Shown here piece by piece: positions 21,891-30,943 of a stretch of DNA of 64,000 nucleotides. The DNA comes from Angustibacter luteus. Lineage in GTDB: Bacteria > Actinomycetota > Actinomycetes > Actinomycetales > Angustibacteraceae. The stretch is from contig NZ_BAABFP010000005.1 of assembly GCF_039541115.1 (NCBI RefSeq), forward strand, positions 310,001-374,000. Direction: 5' to 3'. Made by a program: the position numbers and the translations under genes. Each line of letters opens with the position of its first letter. Position 1 is the stretch's first letter. A model generated the notes under the pieces. That model worked only from the letters and a program-made list of their open reading frames with translations. It did no database searches and was not told the origin of the DNA.

Positions 21891-23363
21891 CGCACCGCGC
21901 GCCTGCTCGAGCCACTGCTCACGGGCCTCCAGCGAGGCCTGCAGCTCGGCCACCTTGGCCGCCTTGCCCGCCGTCTGCGCCTTGGCGATCTGCTCGTGCA
22001 GGTCGCTGATCACGACCTCGAGCTGGTCGACGGCGCTCTGCGCGCGGGCCCGGGCCTCGGGGTTGGTGTTCTTCCACCGGTCGTCCTCGGCCGAGCGCAC
22101 GGCCTGCTCGACCGCGCGCATCCGCCGCTCGATGCGGTCCATGTCGCCCCGCGGCACGTGACCCGCTGCCTCCCACCGGTCCTGGATGTCCCGCAGCCGC
22201 GAGCGCGCCTCGGTGAGGTTGCTGACCGGTACCAGCTTCTCGGCCTCGTCCAGCAGGGACTCCTTGGTCGCCAGGTTCGCGCCGAACTCCGCGTCCTGCT
22301 CGGCCTGCACCGCGTGCCGCGCCGCGAAGAACGCGTCCTGCGCGGCGCTGAACCGGGTCCACAGCTCGTCGTCGTCCTTGCGGGCCGCGCGACCCGCCGC
22401 CCGCCAGCGGTCCATCAACCGCTTGAACGCGGCGGCGGAGGGACCCCAGTCCGTCGAGGTCTGCAGCGCCTCGGCCTCCTTGACCAGTCGCTCCTTGGCC
22501 TCGCGTGCCTCCTCGTGCTGCTCGTCGAGGTGGGCGAAGTGCTGGCGACGCTTGCGGTCGAAGGCCGTGCGGGCGTGGCTGAACCGCTTCCACAGCTCGT
22601 CCTCGGAACGGCGGTCCAGTCGAGCGGGGGGAGGCTCGCCGCCCCCCTGACCCGCGCCCTGACCCGTGCTGTGGCCACCCCCGCGCCCGGCCGCCTTCTG
22701 CTCGGTGCGCCACTGCTCGAACAGCTGCTTCATCCGCAGGCCGTCCGCACGCCACTGGGTCCGCTCGGCGGGGACCGCGGCGATGGCCTCGGCCTCCTCG
22801 ACCAGCGCGGTCCGCCGGGCCTTCGCCTCCTCGCGGGCGGCGCTGCGGGCGTGCTCGTCGTGCTCGCGGCGGGCCGCCAGCGCAGGGGCGAGGGCCTCGA
22901 TCCGCGCGTGCAGGGCCGCCAGGTCGCCGACGGCGTGCGCGTCCGCCGCCGCCGCGCGTAGCTTGGCCACGCCCGACTCGATCTCGGACGCCGGCACGTC
23001 CGCCGTGCCGAGGCGCTGCTCGAACAGGTCGACCTGGGCCACGATCTCGTCGTACTTGCGGCCGAAGTACGCGAGCGCCTCGTCCGGGCTGGCGCCGGGG
23101 TACGACCCGACCTCCCGCTCGCCGTCCGAGGTCGTCACGAAGACCGTGCCGTCGTCCGCGACGCGGCCGAACTTCGACGGGTCGCTGGTCGGTGCGGCCG
23201 GTGTCGGTGCCGTGGGGCGCGGTGCGTGCGGGCGCGGTGCCTGCGGCCTCGGTGCGCTCGGCCGCGGCGGTGCTGCCTGCTCGGGGGTGGCCTGCTCGGG
23301 GGCGGCCTGCTCGGGCTCGGGCTGGGGTGCCGGCGCGGGCGCCGGTGTCTGGTCGTCGGTCAC
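21870..23363 (-). CDS. DUF349 domain protein
   Basis: FGRVADDGTVFV..GEREVG; repeated LWxRF..A...FF units; conserved position near rel. Confidence 0.88.
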   Translation of the reverse strand: MTDDQTPAPAPAPQPEPEQAAPEQATPEQAAPPRPSAPRPQAPRPHAPRPTAPTPAAPTSDPSKFGRVADDGTVFVTTSDGEREVGSYPGASPDEALAYFGRKYDEIVAQVDLFEQRLGTADVPASEIESGVAKLRAAAADAHAVGDLAALHARIEALAPALAARREHDEHARSAAREEAKARRTALVEEAEAIAAVPAERTQWRADGLRMKQLFEQWRTEQKAAGRGGGHSTGQGAGQGGGEPPPARLDRRSEDELWKRFSHARTAFDRKRRQHFAHLDEQHEEAREAKERLVKEAEALQTSTDWGPSAAAFKRLMDRWRAAGRAARKDDDELWTRFSAAQDAFFAARHAVQAEQDAEFGANLATKESLLDEAEKLVPVSNLTEARSRLRDIQDRWEAAGHVPRGDMDRIERRMRAVEQAVRSAEDDRWKNTNPEARARAQSAVDQLEVVISDLHEQIAKAQTAGKAAKVAELQASLEAREQWLEQARGALADFGA

Positions 23364-24145
23364 TTCTTCTCCACCGTGATGCTCTCGATGGTCACGGGCG
23401 TCTTCGGGGCGCCGTCCGCGCTGCCGTCGGCCGTGCCGGCCGCCGCGACGGTCTGCAGCACGTCCAGGCCGTTGGTCACCTTGCCGAAGATGCTGTAGCC
23501 GCCCGTCGTCGTGGGCAGGTCCGTGTCCTTGTAGACCATGAAGAACTGGCTGCCGTTGGTGTTGGGGTCGTCACCGCGGGCCATGGCCAGCGTCCCGGCC
23601 GGGTACTTGCCGTCCTTCGGTGCGTTCTCGATCCCGTACTGGTAGCCGGGACCGCCGCTGCCCGTGCCGGTGGGGTCGCCACACTGCAGCACGTAGATGC
23701 CGGACGTCGTGAGCCGGTGACAGCTCGTGTCGTCGTAGAAGCCGTCCTTGCTCAGGAAGATGAACGAGGCGACCGTCTGGGGGGCCTTGTCGCCGTACAG
23801 CTCCATGGTGATGTCACCGGCGCTGGTCTTGACGGTCGCGTTCCAGGTCGCGTTCTCGGCCAGCGACTTGGCCGGCGCGCTGGGGTACGACTTCGGCGTC
23901 TTGGTCGGTGCGGTCGAGCCGCTGGCGTTCGCGGTCGGCGAGGACGTCGCCCCCGCAGCCGAGCTGGAGCTGTCGTCGGGCAGCAGCTGGGTGAGTAGGA
24001 CGACGCCGCCGGCGACCAGCACCACCGCGAGCACGGCTCCGATGACCTGCTGGTTGCGCCGCTTGCGGGCTGCGCGCTCGGCCAGGTTCTTCTGGCGCTT
24101 GGCGTAGCGTCGCTTGGCTCGTTCGCGGTCGCGCTCGATCGGCAC
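23360..24145 (-). CDS. Membrane-anchored cyclophilin-type peptidyl-prolyl isomerase
   Basis: Basic N-terminus, TM helix, CHRLTT..LQCGDPTGTGSGGPGY, NGSQFF. Confidence 0.92.
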   Translation of the reverse strand: MPIERDRERAKRRYAKRQKNLAERAARKRRNQQVIGAVLAVVLVAGGVVLLTQLLPDDSSSSAAGATSSPTANASGSTAPTKTPKSYPSAPAKSLAENATWNATVKTSAGDITMELYGDKAPQTVASFIFLSKDGFYDDTSCHRLTTSGIYVLQCGDPTGTGSGGPGYQYGIENAPKDGKYPAGTLAMARGDDPNTNGSQFFMVYKDTDLPTTTGGYSIFGKVTNGLDVLQTVAAAGTADGSADGAPKTPVTIESITVEKK

Positions 24146-24238
24146 GCCGGCCCTCCTGCTCTGTCCGTGCGGGGTCGTCCCCAGGCTCCCTGAGGCGGTC
24201 AGTCTAGGGATGCCGCGGGATGGACGGACTGGGTGGCG

Positions 24239-24254
24239 GTCACGAACCGGTCAC
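24239..24254. promoter_or_regulatory. GTCAC-N6-GTCAC direct repeat (MtrA/GlnR-like site)
   Basis: GTCAC GAACCG GTCAC in the divergent cyclophilin/MBL-hisS intergenic region. Confidence 0.35.
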
Positions 24255-24289
24255 GAGCAGTGCCCGGACCGCTCGGTTAGGCTCTGGGC

Positions 24290-24994
24290 GTGCTGCTCAC
24301 CGGGTTCCCCAGTGCCGTGTTCGGCACCAACTGCTACGTCGTGGCCCCGGCGGCCGGCGAGGAGTGCCTGGTGGTCGACCCGGGCATCGAGGTGCTGGGC
24401 CAGCTGGGCGACGTGCTGCGCGAGCACCGGCTGCGGCCGGCGGCCGTCCTGCTCACCCACGGGCACGTCGACCACACGTACTCGGTCACCCCGGTCTGCG
24501 GCTCGAACAGCGTCGCCGCCTACATCCACACCGATGACCGCGACCGCCTCGTGGACCCGCTGACGGAGTTCGCCTCGTCCGGTCTGCTGGCGATGCTGGA
24601 GCAGCAGTTCGGGCGGGCCGCGACCTGGGCGCAGCCGCAGGACGTCGTCGAGATCGCCGACGAGACGGTGCTCGAGCTCGCGGGGCTGCGGGTGCGGGTC
24701 GTGCACGCGCCCGGGCACACCGAGGGTTCGGTGATGTTCGCCCTGGACGACGTCCCCGAGGGCGCGCCGGCCGACGTGAGCGCGTCACTGCTGACGGGCG
24801 ACGTCCTGTTCGCCGGCAGCATCGGTCGCACCGACCTGCCGGGCGGCGACCACGCTGCGATGCTGGCGTCGCTGCGACATCGGGTCCTGCCGCAGCCGGA
24901 CGACACGCTCGTCCTGCCTGGCCACGGACCTGTCACGACCATCGGCCGCGAGCGCGCCACGAACCCGTTCCTGCGCGAGCTGCTGGCGTCCTGA
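24290..24994 (+). CDS. Metallo-beta-lactamase fold hydrolase (glyoxalase II-like)
   Basis: THGHVDH, PGHTEGS, GDVLF..SIGRTD, PGHG. Confidence 0.92.
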   Translation: MLLTGFPSAVFGTNCYVVAPAAGEECLVVDPGIEVLGQLGDVLREHRLRPAAVLLTHGHVDHTYSVTPVCGSNSVAAYIHTDDRDRLVDPLTEFASSGLLAMLEQQFGRAATWAQPQDVVEIADETVLELAGLRVRVVHAPGHTEGSVMFALDDVPEGAPADVSASLLTGDVLFAGSIGRTDLPGGDHAAMLASLRHRVLPQPDDTLVLPGHGPVTTIGRERATNPFLRELLAS

Positions 24995-25037
24995 GCGGCC
25001 CGGTCCCACCGACCGACCACGACCGAGAAGGAACCGC

Positions 25038-26402
25038 ATGTCCCGTCCCACCCCGCTGTCCGGGTACCCCGAGTGGCTGCCGGCCCAGCGCGCCGTCGAG
25101 CAGCAGGTCGTCGACGAGCTGCGCCGCACGTTCGAGCTGCACGGTTTCGCCGGCATCGAGACCCGCGCGGTCGAGCCGATGGCGCAGCTGCTGCGCAAGG
25201 GCGAGATCGACAAGGAGGTGTACGTCGTCTCCCGGCTGCACGCCGACGCCGACGCCCAGCCGGAGTCCGACGACCGCCGGCTCGGCCTGCACTTCGACCT
25301 CACCGTGCCGTTCGCCCGGTACGTGCTGGAGAACTCCGGCAAGCTGCAGTTCCCGTTCCGCCGCTACCAGATCCAGAAGGTGTGGCGGGGTGAGCGCCCG
25401 CAGGAGGGTCGGTACCGCGAGTTCTGCCAGGCCGACATCGACGTGGTCGGGGACGGCGTGCTGCCCTTCCACCACGACATCGAGGTCGTGGAGGTGATGG
25501 CCGAGGCGATGTCCCGGCTACCGCTGCCGCCGCTGCGGATGCAGGTCAACAACCGCAAGCTCGTGCAGGGCTTCTACCGCGGCCTGGGCGTCGAGGACGT
25601 CGCCGCCGTGCTGCGCGCCGTCGACAAGCTCGACAAGGTCGGCCCGGACGCCGTCCGCGCCGCCCTGGTCGCCGAGGGGCACTCGGACGCCGTCGCGGAC
25701 GCCTGCCTGCGGCTGGCGGCCATCAGCGGCACGGACGCCGCCGTCGTCGAGGAGGTCCGGGCGCTCGGCGTGCACTCCGACGAGCTGGACGAGGGCCTGC
25801 ACGAGCTCGCCACCCTGCTGGACGCCACCGGCGGACGTCGCGGCACCGTCCAGGTCGTCGCGGCGCTGAAGATCGCCCGCGGCCTCGACTACTACACCGG
25901 AACCGTCATGGAGACGGTCATGGAGGGCTACGAGCAGCTGGGCTCGATCAGCGCGGGCGGCCGCTACGACGCCCTGGCCAGCGACGGCAGCACCACCTAC
26001 CCAGGTGTCGGCATCTCCTTCGGCGTGAGCCGCACGCTGGGGCCGCTGCTGGCCCGCGGGGTGCTGACCGGGTCGCGGTCGACCCCGAGCGCGGTCCTGG
26101 TGGCGCTCGCGTCCGAGGAGGCCCGCCCGCAGGCCCGGGCGGTGGCCGCCGCACTGCGCGCGCGGGGCATCGCCTGCGAGCTGGCGCCGGCCGCGCAGAA
26201 GTACGGCAAGCAGATCCGGCAGGCCGAACGACGCGGCATCCCGTACGTCTGGTTCCCGGCCGAGGCGACCGCGGACGGCGCGCCGGCGGTGCGCGACATC
26301 CGCACCGGCGAGCAGACCGGCGCGGACGACGCGAGCTGGCTGCCGCCGGACGCCGACCTGCGCCCGTCCGTGATCCAGCCCGACGACGAGCAGGGAGAGT
26401 GA
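25038..26402 (+). CDS. hisS: Histidine--tRNA ligase
   Basis: FDLTVPFAR, WRGERPQEGRYREFCQAD, ARGLDYYTG, GGRYD. Confidence 0.96.
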   Translation: MSRPTPLSGYPEWLPAQRAVEQQVVDELRRTFELHGFAGIETRAVEPMAQLLRKGEIDKEVYVVSRLHADADAQPESDDRRLGLHFDLTVPFARYVLENSGKLQFPFRRYQIQKVWRGERPQEGRYREFCQADIDVVGDGVLPFHHDIEVVEVMAEAMSRLPLPPLRMQVNNRKLVQGFYRGLGVEDVAAVLRAVDKLDKVGPDAVRAALVAEGHSDAVADACLRLAAISGTDAAVVEEVRALGVHSDELDEGLHELATLLDATGGRRGTVQVVAALKIARGLDYYTGTVMETVMEGYEQLGSISAGGRYDALASDGSTTYPGVGISFGVSRTLGPLLARGVLTGSRSTPSAVLVALASEEARPQARAVAAALRARGIACELAPAAQKYGKQIRQAERRGIPYVWFPAEATADGAPAVRDIRTGEQTGADDASWLPPDADLRPSVIQPDDEQGE

Positions 26403-27394
26403 GCGAGATGGAGCACCGCAGGCTCGGCAGGACCGGCCGCGACGTGTCGGTGGTGGGGCTGGGCTGCTGGCAGCTCGGCGCTGACTGGGGCGAGGTCAGC
26501 GAGCAGGACGCGCTCGCCACGCTGCACGCGGCGGCCGACGCCGGTGTCACGTTCTTCGACACCGCGGACGTCTACGGCGACGGACGCAGCGAGCGGCTGG
26601 TGGGCCAGCTCCTGCGCGCGCGGCCGGACGACGGCTTGTTCGCCGCGACCAAGATGGGTCGGCGCGCTGACCCGCACGTGGCGGCCGCGTTCACCGGCGA
26701 GAACCTGCGCGCCTGGAACGACCGCAGCCGGCGCAACCTCGGGGTCGACGTCCTGGACCTCGTGCAGCTGCACTGCCCGCCGACGTCCGTGCTGTCCGAC
26801 GACAGGGTGTACGACGAGCTGGACGCGATGGTCGACGAGGGGCGCCTGCGCGCCTACGGGGTGTCCGTCGAGACCGTGGACGAGGCGCTGACCGCGATCG
26901 CCCGCCCGCACGTCGCGAGCATCCAGATCATCCTGAACGTGTTCCGGCGCAAGCCCCTGGAGCGGGTGCTGCCGGCTGCGGTGGAGGCTGGGGTCGGCAT
27001 CGTCGTCCGGGTGCCGCTGGCCAGCGGGCTGCTCAGCGGGAAGTACGACGAGACCACGACGTTCGCCGCGGACGACCACCGCACCTACAACCGGTCGGGT
27101 GAGGCGTTCGACGTGGGCGAGACGTTCGCGGGCGTGCCCTTCGAGGTCGGCGTCGAGGCCGCCCGCGAGGTGGCCGCGCTCACGCCGTCGGGTGCGACGA
27201 CCGCCCAGCTGGCGCTGCGCTGGGTGCTCGACCGCCCCGGCGTGAGCGTCGTCATCCCGGGGGCGCGGACCGCCGACCAGGCGCGGGCGAACGCCGCCTC
27301 GGCCGAGCTGGCCCCGCTGGACACGACCACCGACGAGCGGCTCGAGGAGATCTACGACCGCCTCGTCCGGGCCCACGTGCACGACCGCTGGTAG
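26399..27394 (+). CDS. Aldo/keto reductase
   Basis: GLGCWQLG, FDTADVYGDG.SE, DLVQLH, PLASGLL. Confidence 0.93.
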   Translation: MSEMEHRRLGRTGRDVSVVGLGCWQLGADWGEVSEQDALATLHAAADAGVTFFDTADVYGDGRSERLVGQLLRARPDDGLFAATKMGRRADPHVAAAFTGENLRAWNDRSRRNLGVDVLDLVQLHCPPTSVLSDDRVYDELDAMVDEGRLRAYGVSVETVDEALTAIARPHVASIQIILNVFRRKPLERVLPAAVEAGVGIVVRVPLASGLLSGKYDETTTFAADDHRTYNRSGEAFDVGETFAGVPFEVGVEAAREVAALTPSGATTAQLALRWVLDRPGVSVVIPGARTADQARANAASAELAPLDTTTDERLEEIYDRLVRAHVHDRW

Positions 27395-27418
27395 CGGGGC
27401 AGGGGCACCAGCCGCGGG

Positions 27419-28114
27419 TCACCAGCCGCGGGTGCGGCCCGGCGTCCGCGCACCCGAGGTCTTCACCTCGGCGCGCCGGCTGCGCATGGCCAGCTGGGCT
27501 CGCTCCTGCGCGAACACGAGCTTCGCGAACCGCTCGGCGTGCTGGTGCGGCAGGTCCACGAACGACCCGCGCAGCCCGAAGTTGCCGACCGCGATGACGG
27601 TGAGCCGGACCGGGACCCGACCGGCTCCCTCGGGCAGCTCGACGTCGATGCTGAGCACCGTGCCGGGCGTCACGGTCCCCGCGGTGCCGACGTCGAGGGT
27701 GGCCAGCATGCCGCCGGCGGAGATGTTGCGGGTCCGGCCGCGGACGACCACGGAGGCCAGGTCGGGGTTCTCGGGTGGGGCCGGCAGGGTCACGTGGATC
27801 GTCAGCTCGAGCTCGCCGCGCACCTCGTTGCGGCGCTGGGTCGGCGCGGCCGGGGGAGCGCCCAGGGCCAGCACCATGCCGCTCCCGTCGTCGACTACCC
27901 GGGCCGGCAGCGACAGCAGCCCCGTCGGGGTGGACAGCTGGGCCTCACCCGGCCCCAGGCCGAGCGCGTCGCTGGGCCCGATGACGGCGACCCGTGCGCC
28001 CGCGCCGGCTCCTCCGTCGGAGTCCAGGTGGGCCTCGGCGAGGGTCTTGAGGGTCATCCGCTGACCGCCGGCCCGCAGCGTGAGGGTCGAGCCAGCCGCG
28101 ATGGTGACGTCCAT
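27419..28114 (-). CDS. PilZ-domain c-di-GMP receptor (YcgR-like layout)
   Basis: QRRNEVR (RxxxR) and NISAGGM (D/NxSxxG); C-terminal LVFAQER helix. Confidence 0.8.
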   Translation of the reverse strand: MDVTIAAGSTLTLRAGGQRMTLKTLAEAHLDSDGGAGAGARVAVIGPSDALGLGPGEAQLSTPTGLLSLPARVVDDGSGMVLALGAPPAAPTQRRNEVRGELELTIHVTLPAPPENPDLASVVVRGRTRNISAGGMLATLDVGTAGTVTPGTVLSIDVELPEGAGRVPVRLTVIAVGNFGLRGSFVDLPHQHAERFAKLVFAQERAQLAMRSRRAEVKTSGARTPGRTRGW

Positions 28115-28178
28115 TCCCGCTGAGCCCTCCTCAGTGCTCGTCCGAGAAAGCGCGCACAGTGCTGCTTCTCGACCTGCC

Positions 28179-28205
28179 TATCGGCCGCCGACGACCATAA
28201 AGGAG
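28179..28205 (-). promoter_or_regulatory. Putative FliA/WhiG-type promoter of the PilZ gene
   Basis: Minus strand CTCC-N16-GCCGATA: good -10, one mismatch in -35. Confidence 0.45.
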
Positions 28206-28302
28206 ACAATGAGTCACGCGAAATCCGATGCGGGACGACACACCCGGGCACCGTAGGATTCACCCCGAAAGCCGAATCCGACCACCCCGAGGGGGTACCC
28301 CC

Positions 28303-30120
28303 GTGTTGCGCACGCACGAGGTGGGCACGCTGCGTGCCGACCACGCCGGACAGACCGTCACGCTCACCGGATGGGTCGGCGGTCGCCGCGATCACGGTGG
28401 GGTGGCCTTCCTGGACCTGCGCGACGCGAGCGGCATCGCCCAGGTCGTCGTCCGCGACGAGGTGCTCGAGTCGTCCGGTGCCCACGGGCTGCGCAACGAG
28501 TACTGCGTGCAGATCACCGGCACGGTCGGGCTGCGCCCGGCGGGGAACCAGAACCCCAACCTGCCCACGGGCGAGATCGAGGTCACCGCCGCCGAGCTCG
28601 AGGTGCTCAGCGAGTCCGCGCCGCTGCCCTTCCAGATCGACGAGCGCGTCGAGGTCGGCGAGGAGGCCCGCCTCAAGCACCGCTACCTGGACCTGCGCCG
28701 GCCCGGCCCGGCCGCTGCGATCCGGCTGCGCAGCGAGGTCAACAAGGCCGCCCGCGCCGTCCTGGACGCCCGCGACTTCGTCGAGATCGAGACCCCGACC
28801 CTCACCCGGTCCACCCCCGAGGGGGCCCGCGACTTCCTGGTCCCGGCCCGCCTGCAGCCCGGCAGCTGGTACGCCCTGCCGCAGAGCCCGCAGCTGTTCA
28901 AGCAGCTGCTCATGGTGGCCGGCATGGAGCGGTACTACCAGATCGCCCGCTGCTACCGGGACGAGGACTTTCGCGCCGACCGCCAGCCCGAGTTCACCCA
29001 GCTCGACATCGAGATGAGCTTCGTCGAGCAGGACGACGTCCTCGAGCTCGGCGAGGCCGTCGCCACGTCGCTGTGGTCCCTGATCGGCTACGACCTGCCC
29101 ACCCCGCTGCCGCGGCTCACCTACGCGGACTCCATGCGCCGCTACGGCACCGACAAGCCCGACCTGCGGTTCGCCAACGAGCTCGTCGAGTGCACCGAGT
29201 ACTTCGCCAGCACCCCGTTCCGGGTGTTCCAGGCTGAGTACGTCGGCGCCGTCGTGATGCCCGGCGGTGCCAGCCAGCCGCGCAAGCAGCTCGACGCCTG
29301 GCAGGACTGGGCCAAGCAGCGCGGCGCCCGCGGCCTCGCGTACGTGCTCGTCGGCGAGGACGGCGAGCTCGGCGGTCCGGTCGCCAAGAACCTCTCGGAC
29401 GACGAGCGCGCCGGCCTGGCCGCGCACGTCGGCGCCCAGCCGGGGGACTGCGTGTTCTTCGCCGCCGGTGCCACCAAGTCCTCCCGGGCTCTGCTGGGCG
29501 CAGCCCGGCTCGAGATCGGCAAGCGCTGCGAGCTGATCGACGAGTCCGCCTGGGCGTTCGCCTGGGTGCTCGACGCCCCGCTCTTCGAGCCGGCCTCCGA
29601 CGCCGTCGCCAGCGGTGACGTCGCGGTCGGCTCCGGCGCCTGGACAGCCGTGCACCACGCCTTCACCTCGCCGAAGGCGGAGTTCGCCGACACCTTCGAC
29701 ACCGACCCCGGCCCGGCGCTCGCCTACGCCTACGACATGGTCTGCAACGGCAACGAGATCGGCGGCGGGTCGATCCGTATCCACCGCCGCGACGTGCAGG
29801 AGCGGGTCTTCAAGGTCATGGGCCTGACGGAGGAGGAGGCGCAGGAGAAGTTCGGCTTCCTGCTGGACGCCTTCGCGTTCGGCGCGCCCCCGCACGGCGG
29901 CATCGCGTTCGGCTGGGACCGCATCTGCGCCCTGCTGTCCCGCACGGACTCCATCCGCGACGTGATCGCGTTCCCCAAGTCCGGCGCCGGCTTCGACCCG
30001 CTGACCAGCGCCCCCGCGCCGATCACCGCGCAGCAGCGCAAGGAGGCCGGAGTGGACGCCAAGCCCAAGGCGCCGGCGGTCGACAACGCGGACCTCGCGG
30101 AGGTCCCCACCGCGCACTGA
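28303..30120 (+). CDS. aspS: Aspartate--tRNA ligase (probably non-discriminating)
   Basis: [45 protein letters not shown]. Confidence 0.97.
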   Translation: MLRTHEVGTLRADHAGQTVTLTGWVGGRRDHGGVAFLDLRDASGIAQVVVRDEVLESSGAHGLRNEYCVQITGTVGLRPAGNQNPNLPTGEIEVTAAELEVLSESAPLPFQIDERVEVGEEARLKHRYLDLRRPGPAAAIRLRSEVNKAARAVLDARDFVEIETPTLTRSTPEGARDFLVPARLQPGSWYALPQSPQLFKQLLMVAGMERYYQIARCYRDEDFRADRQPEFTQLDIEMSFVEQDDVLELGEAVATSLWSLIGYDLPTPLPRLTYADSMRRYGTDKPDLRFANELVECTEYFASTPFRVFQAEYVGAVVMPGGASQPRKQLDAWQDWAKQRGARGLAYVLVGEDGELGGPVAKNLSDDERAGLAAHVGAQPGDCVFFAAGATKSSRALLGAARLEIGKRCELIDESAWAFAWVLDAPLFEPASDAVASGDVAVGSGAWTAVHHAFTSPKAEFADTFDTDPGPALAYAYDMVCNGNEIGGGSIRIHRRDVQERVFKVMGLTEEEAQEKFGFLLDAFAFGAPPHGGIAFGWDRICALLSRTDSIRDVIAFPKSGAGFDPLTSAPAPITAQQRKEAGVDAKPKAPAVDNADLAEVPTAH

Positions 30121-30132
30121 CGCCATCCCCTC

Positions 30133-30183
30133 CGTGATCATGCACGTTCGCCCAGCCTGCGGGGGCGAACGTGCATGATCACG
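30133..30183. repeat. REP-like palindrome copy 1 (GTGATCATGCACGTTC core)
   Basis: 21-bp perfect arms with a 9-nt loop; lies between convergent aspS and GNAT and supplies the GNAT stop codon. Confidence 0.85.
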
Positions 30184-30943
30184 AGGGGGGCGGGGGTGGG
30201 GCGGCGAGCCCCCGGCTGGACCAGCGGTGGTCCCCACCGAAACCCAGCCGGCGGTACAGGCGCCGCGCCACGGTGTTGTCCGAGTACATGCCCAGGGTGA
30301 CCACCTCGTGGCCGCGCTCGAACGCCCAGCGGGTGGCCGCCGCCGTCACGGCCGCCCCGAGCCCGCGACCCCGGTACGCCGGGTCCGTCGCGATGGACGC
30401 CAGCCCGGGCACGCCGGGCGGGTCCTCCTCGACGGCCGCGCACGCGACCAGGCGCGCGCCGTCCCGCACGCCCAACCAGGCGACCACACCGGGGTCCGCC
30501 ACCGTCGCGCTGTGCCGCGGGCTGGACCGGGCGAGCAGGTCCGTCACGTCGGGCAACCGCCCGGCGCCCACCGGCTCCACCAGGACGTCGGGCGCCGGCG
30601 GCGCGGTCGCCGTCAGCATCCACTCCCAGTCGTCCCCGATGCCCGGCACGATGCGGGCCGCGAGCGCGTCGTCCAGCCGGGGGAGCGTGCCGAACGGCAC
30701 CGTGATGCGGCGGACGTCCCCGGCCAGCGCGAGCAGCTCGGGCAGCCGGGCGGCCGCCACGTCAGGCGTGGCGACCACGGTGAGGTTGTCCCGCCAGTGC
30801 GGGGTGCGCCGGACCCAGGCCACCCCGGGCCCGAGACCCCACGCGCGCACCGGACGTCGGCGGTCCACCATCCAGCGGACGAACGGGTCGCCGGCGCTCG
30901 CGGCCACCAGCTCGTCGTAGGACGTGAGCGCCTCGAGCGTCAT
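30179..30943 (-). CDS. GNAT acetyltransferase (FR47-like)
   Basis: IATDPAYRGRGLG, N..ARRLYRRLGF; ATG at 30943 overlaps the MMPL stop. Confidence 0.85.
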   Translation of the reverse strand: MTLEALTSYDELVAASAGDPFVRWMVDRRRPVRAWGLGPGVAWVRRTPHWRDNLTVVATPDVAAARLPELLALAGDVRRITVPFGTLPRLDDALAARIVPGIGDDWEWMLTATAPPAPDVLVEPVGAGRLPDVTDLLARSSPRHSATVADPGVVAWLGVRDGARLVACAAVEEDPPGVPGLASIATDPAYRGRGLGAAVTAAATRWAFERGHEVVTLGMYSDNTVARRLYRRLGFGGDHRWSSRGLAAPPPPPS

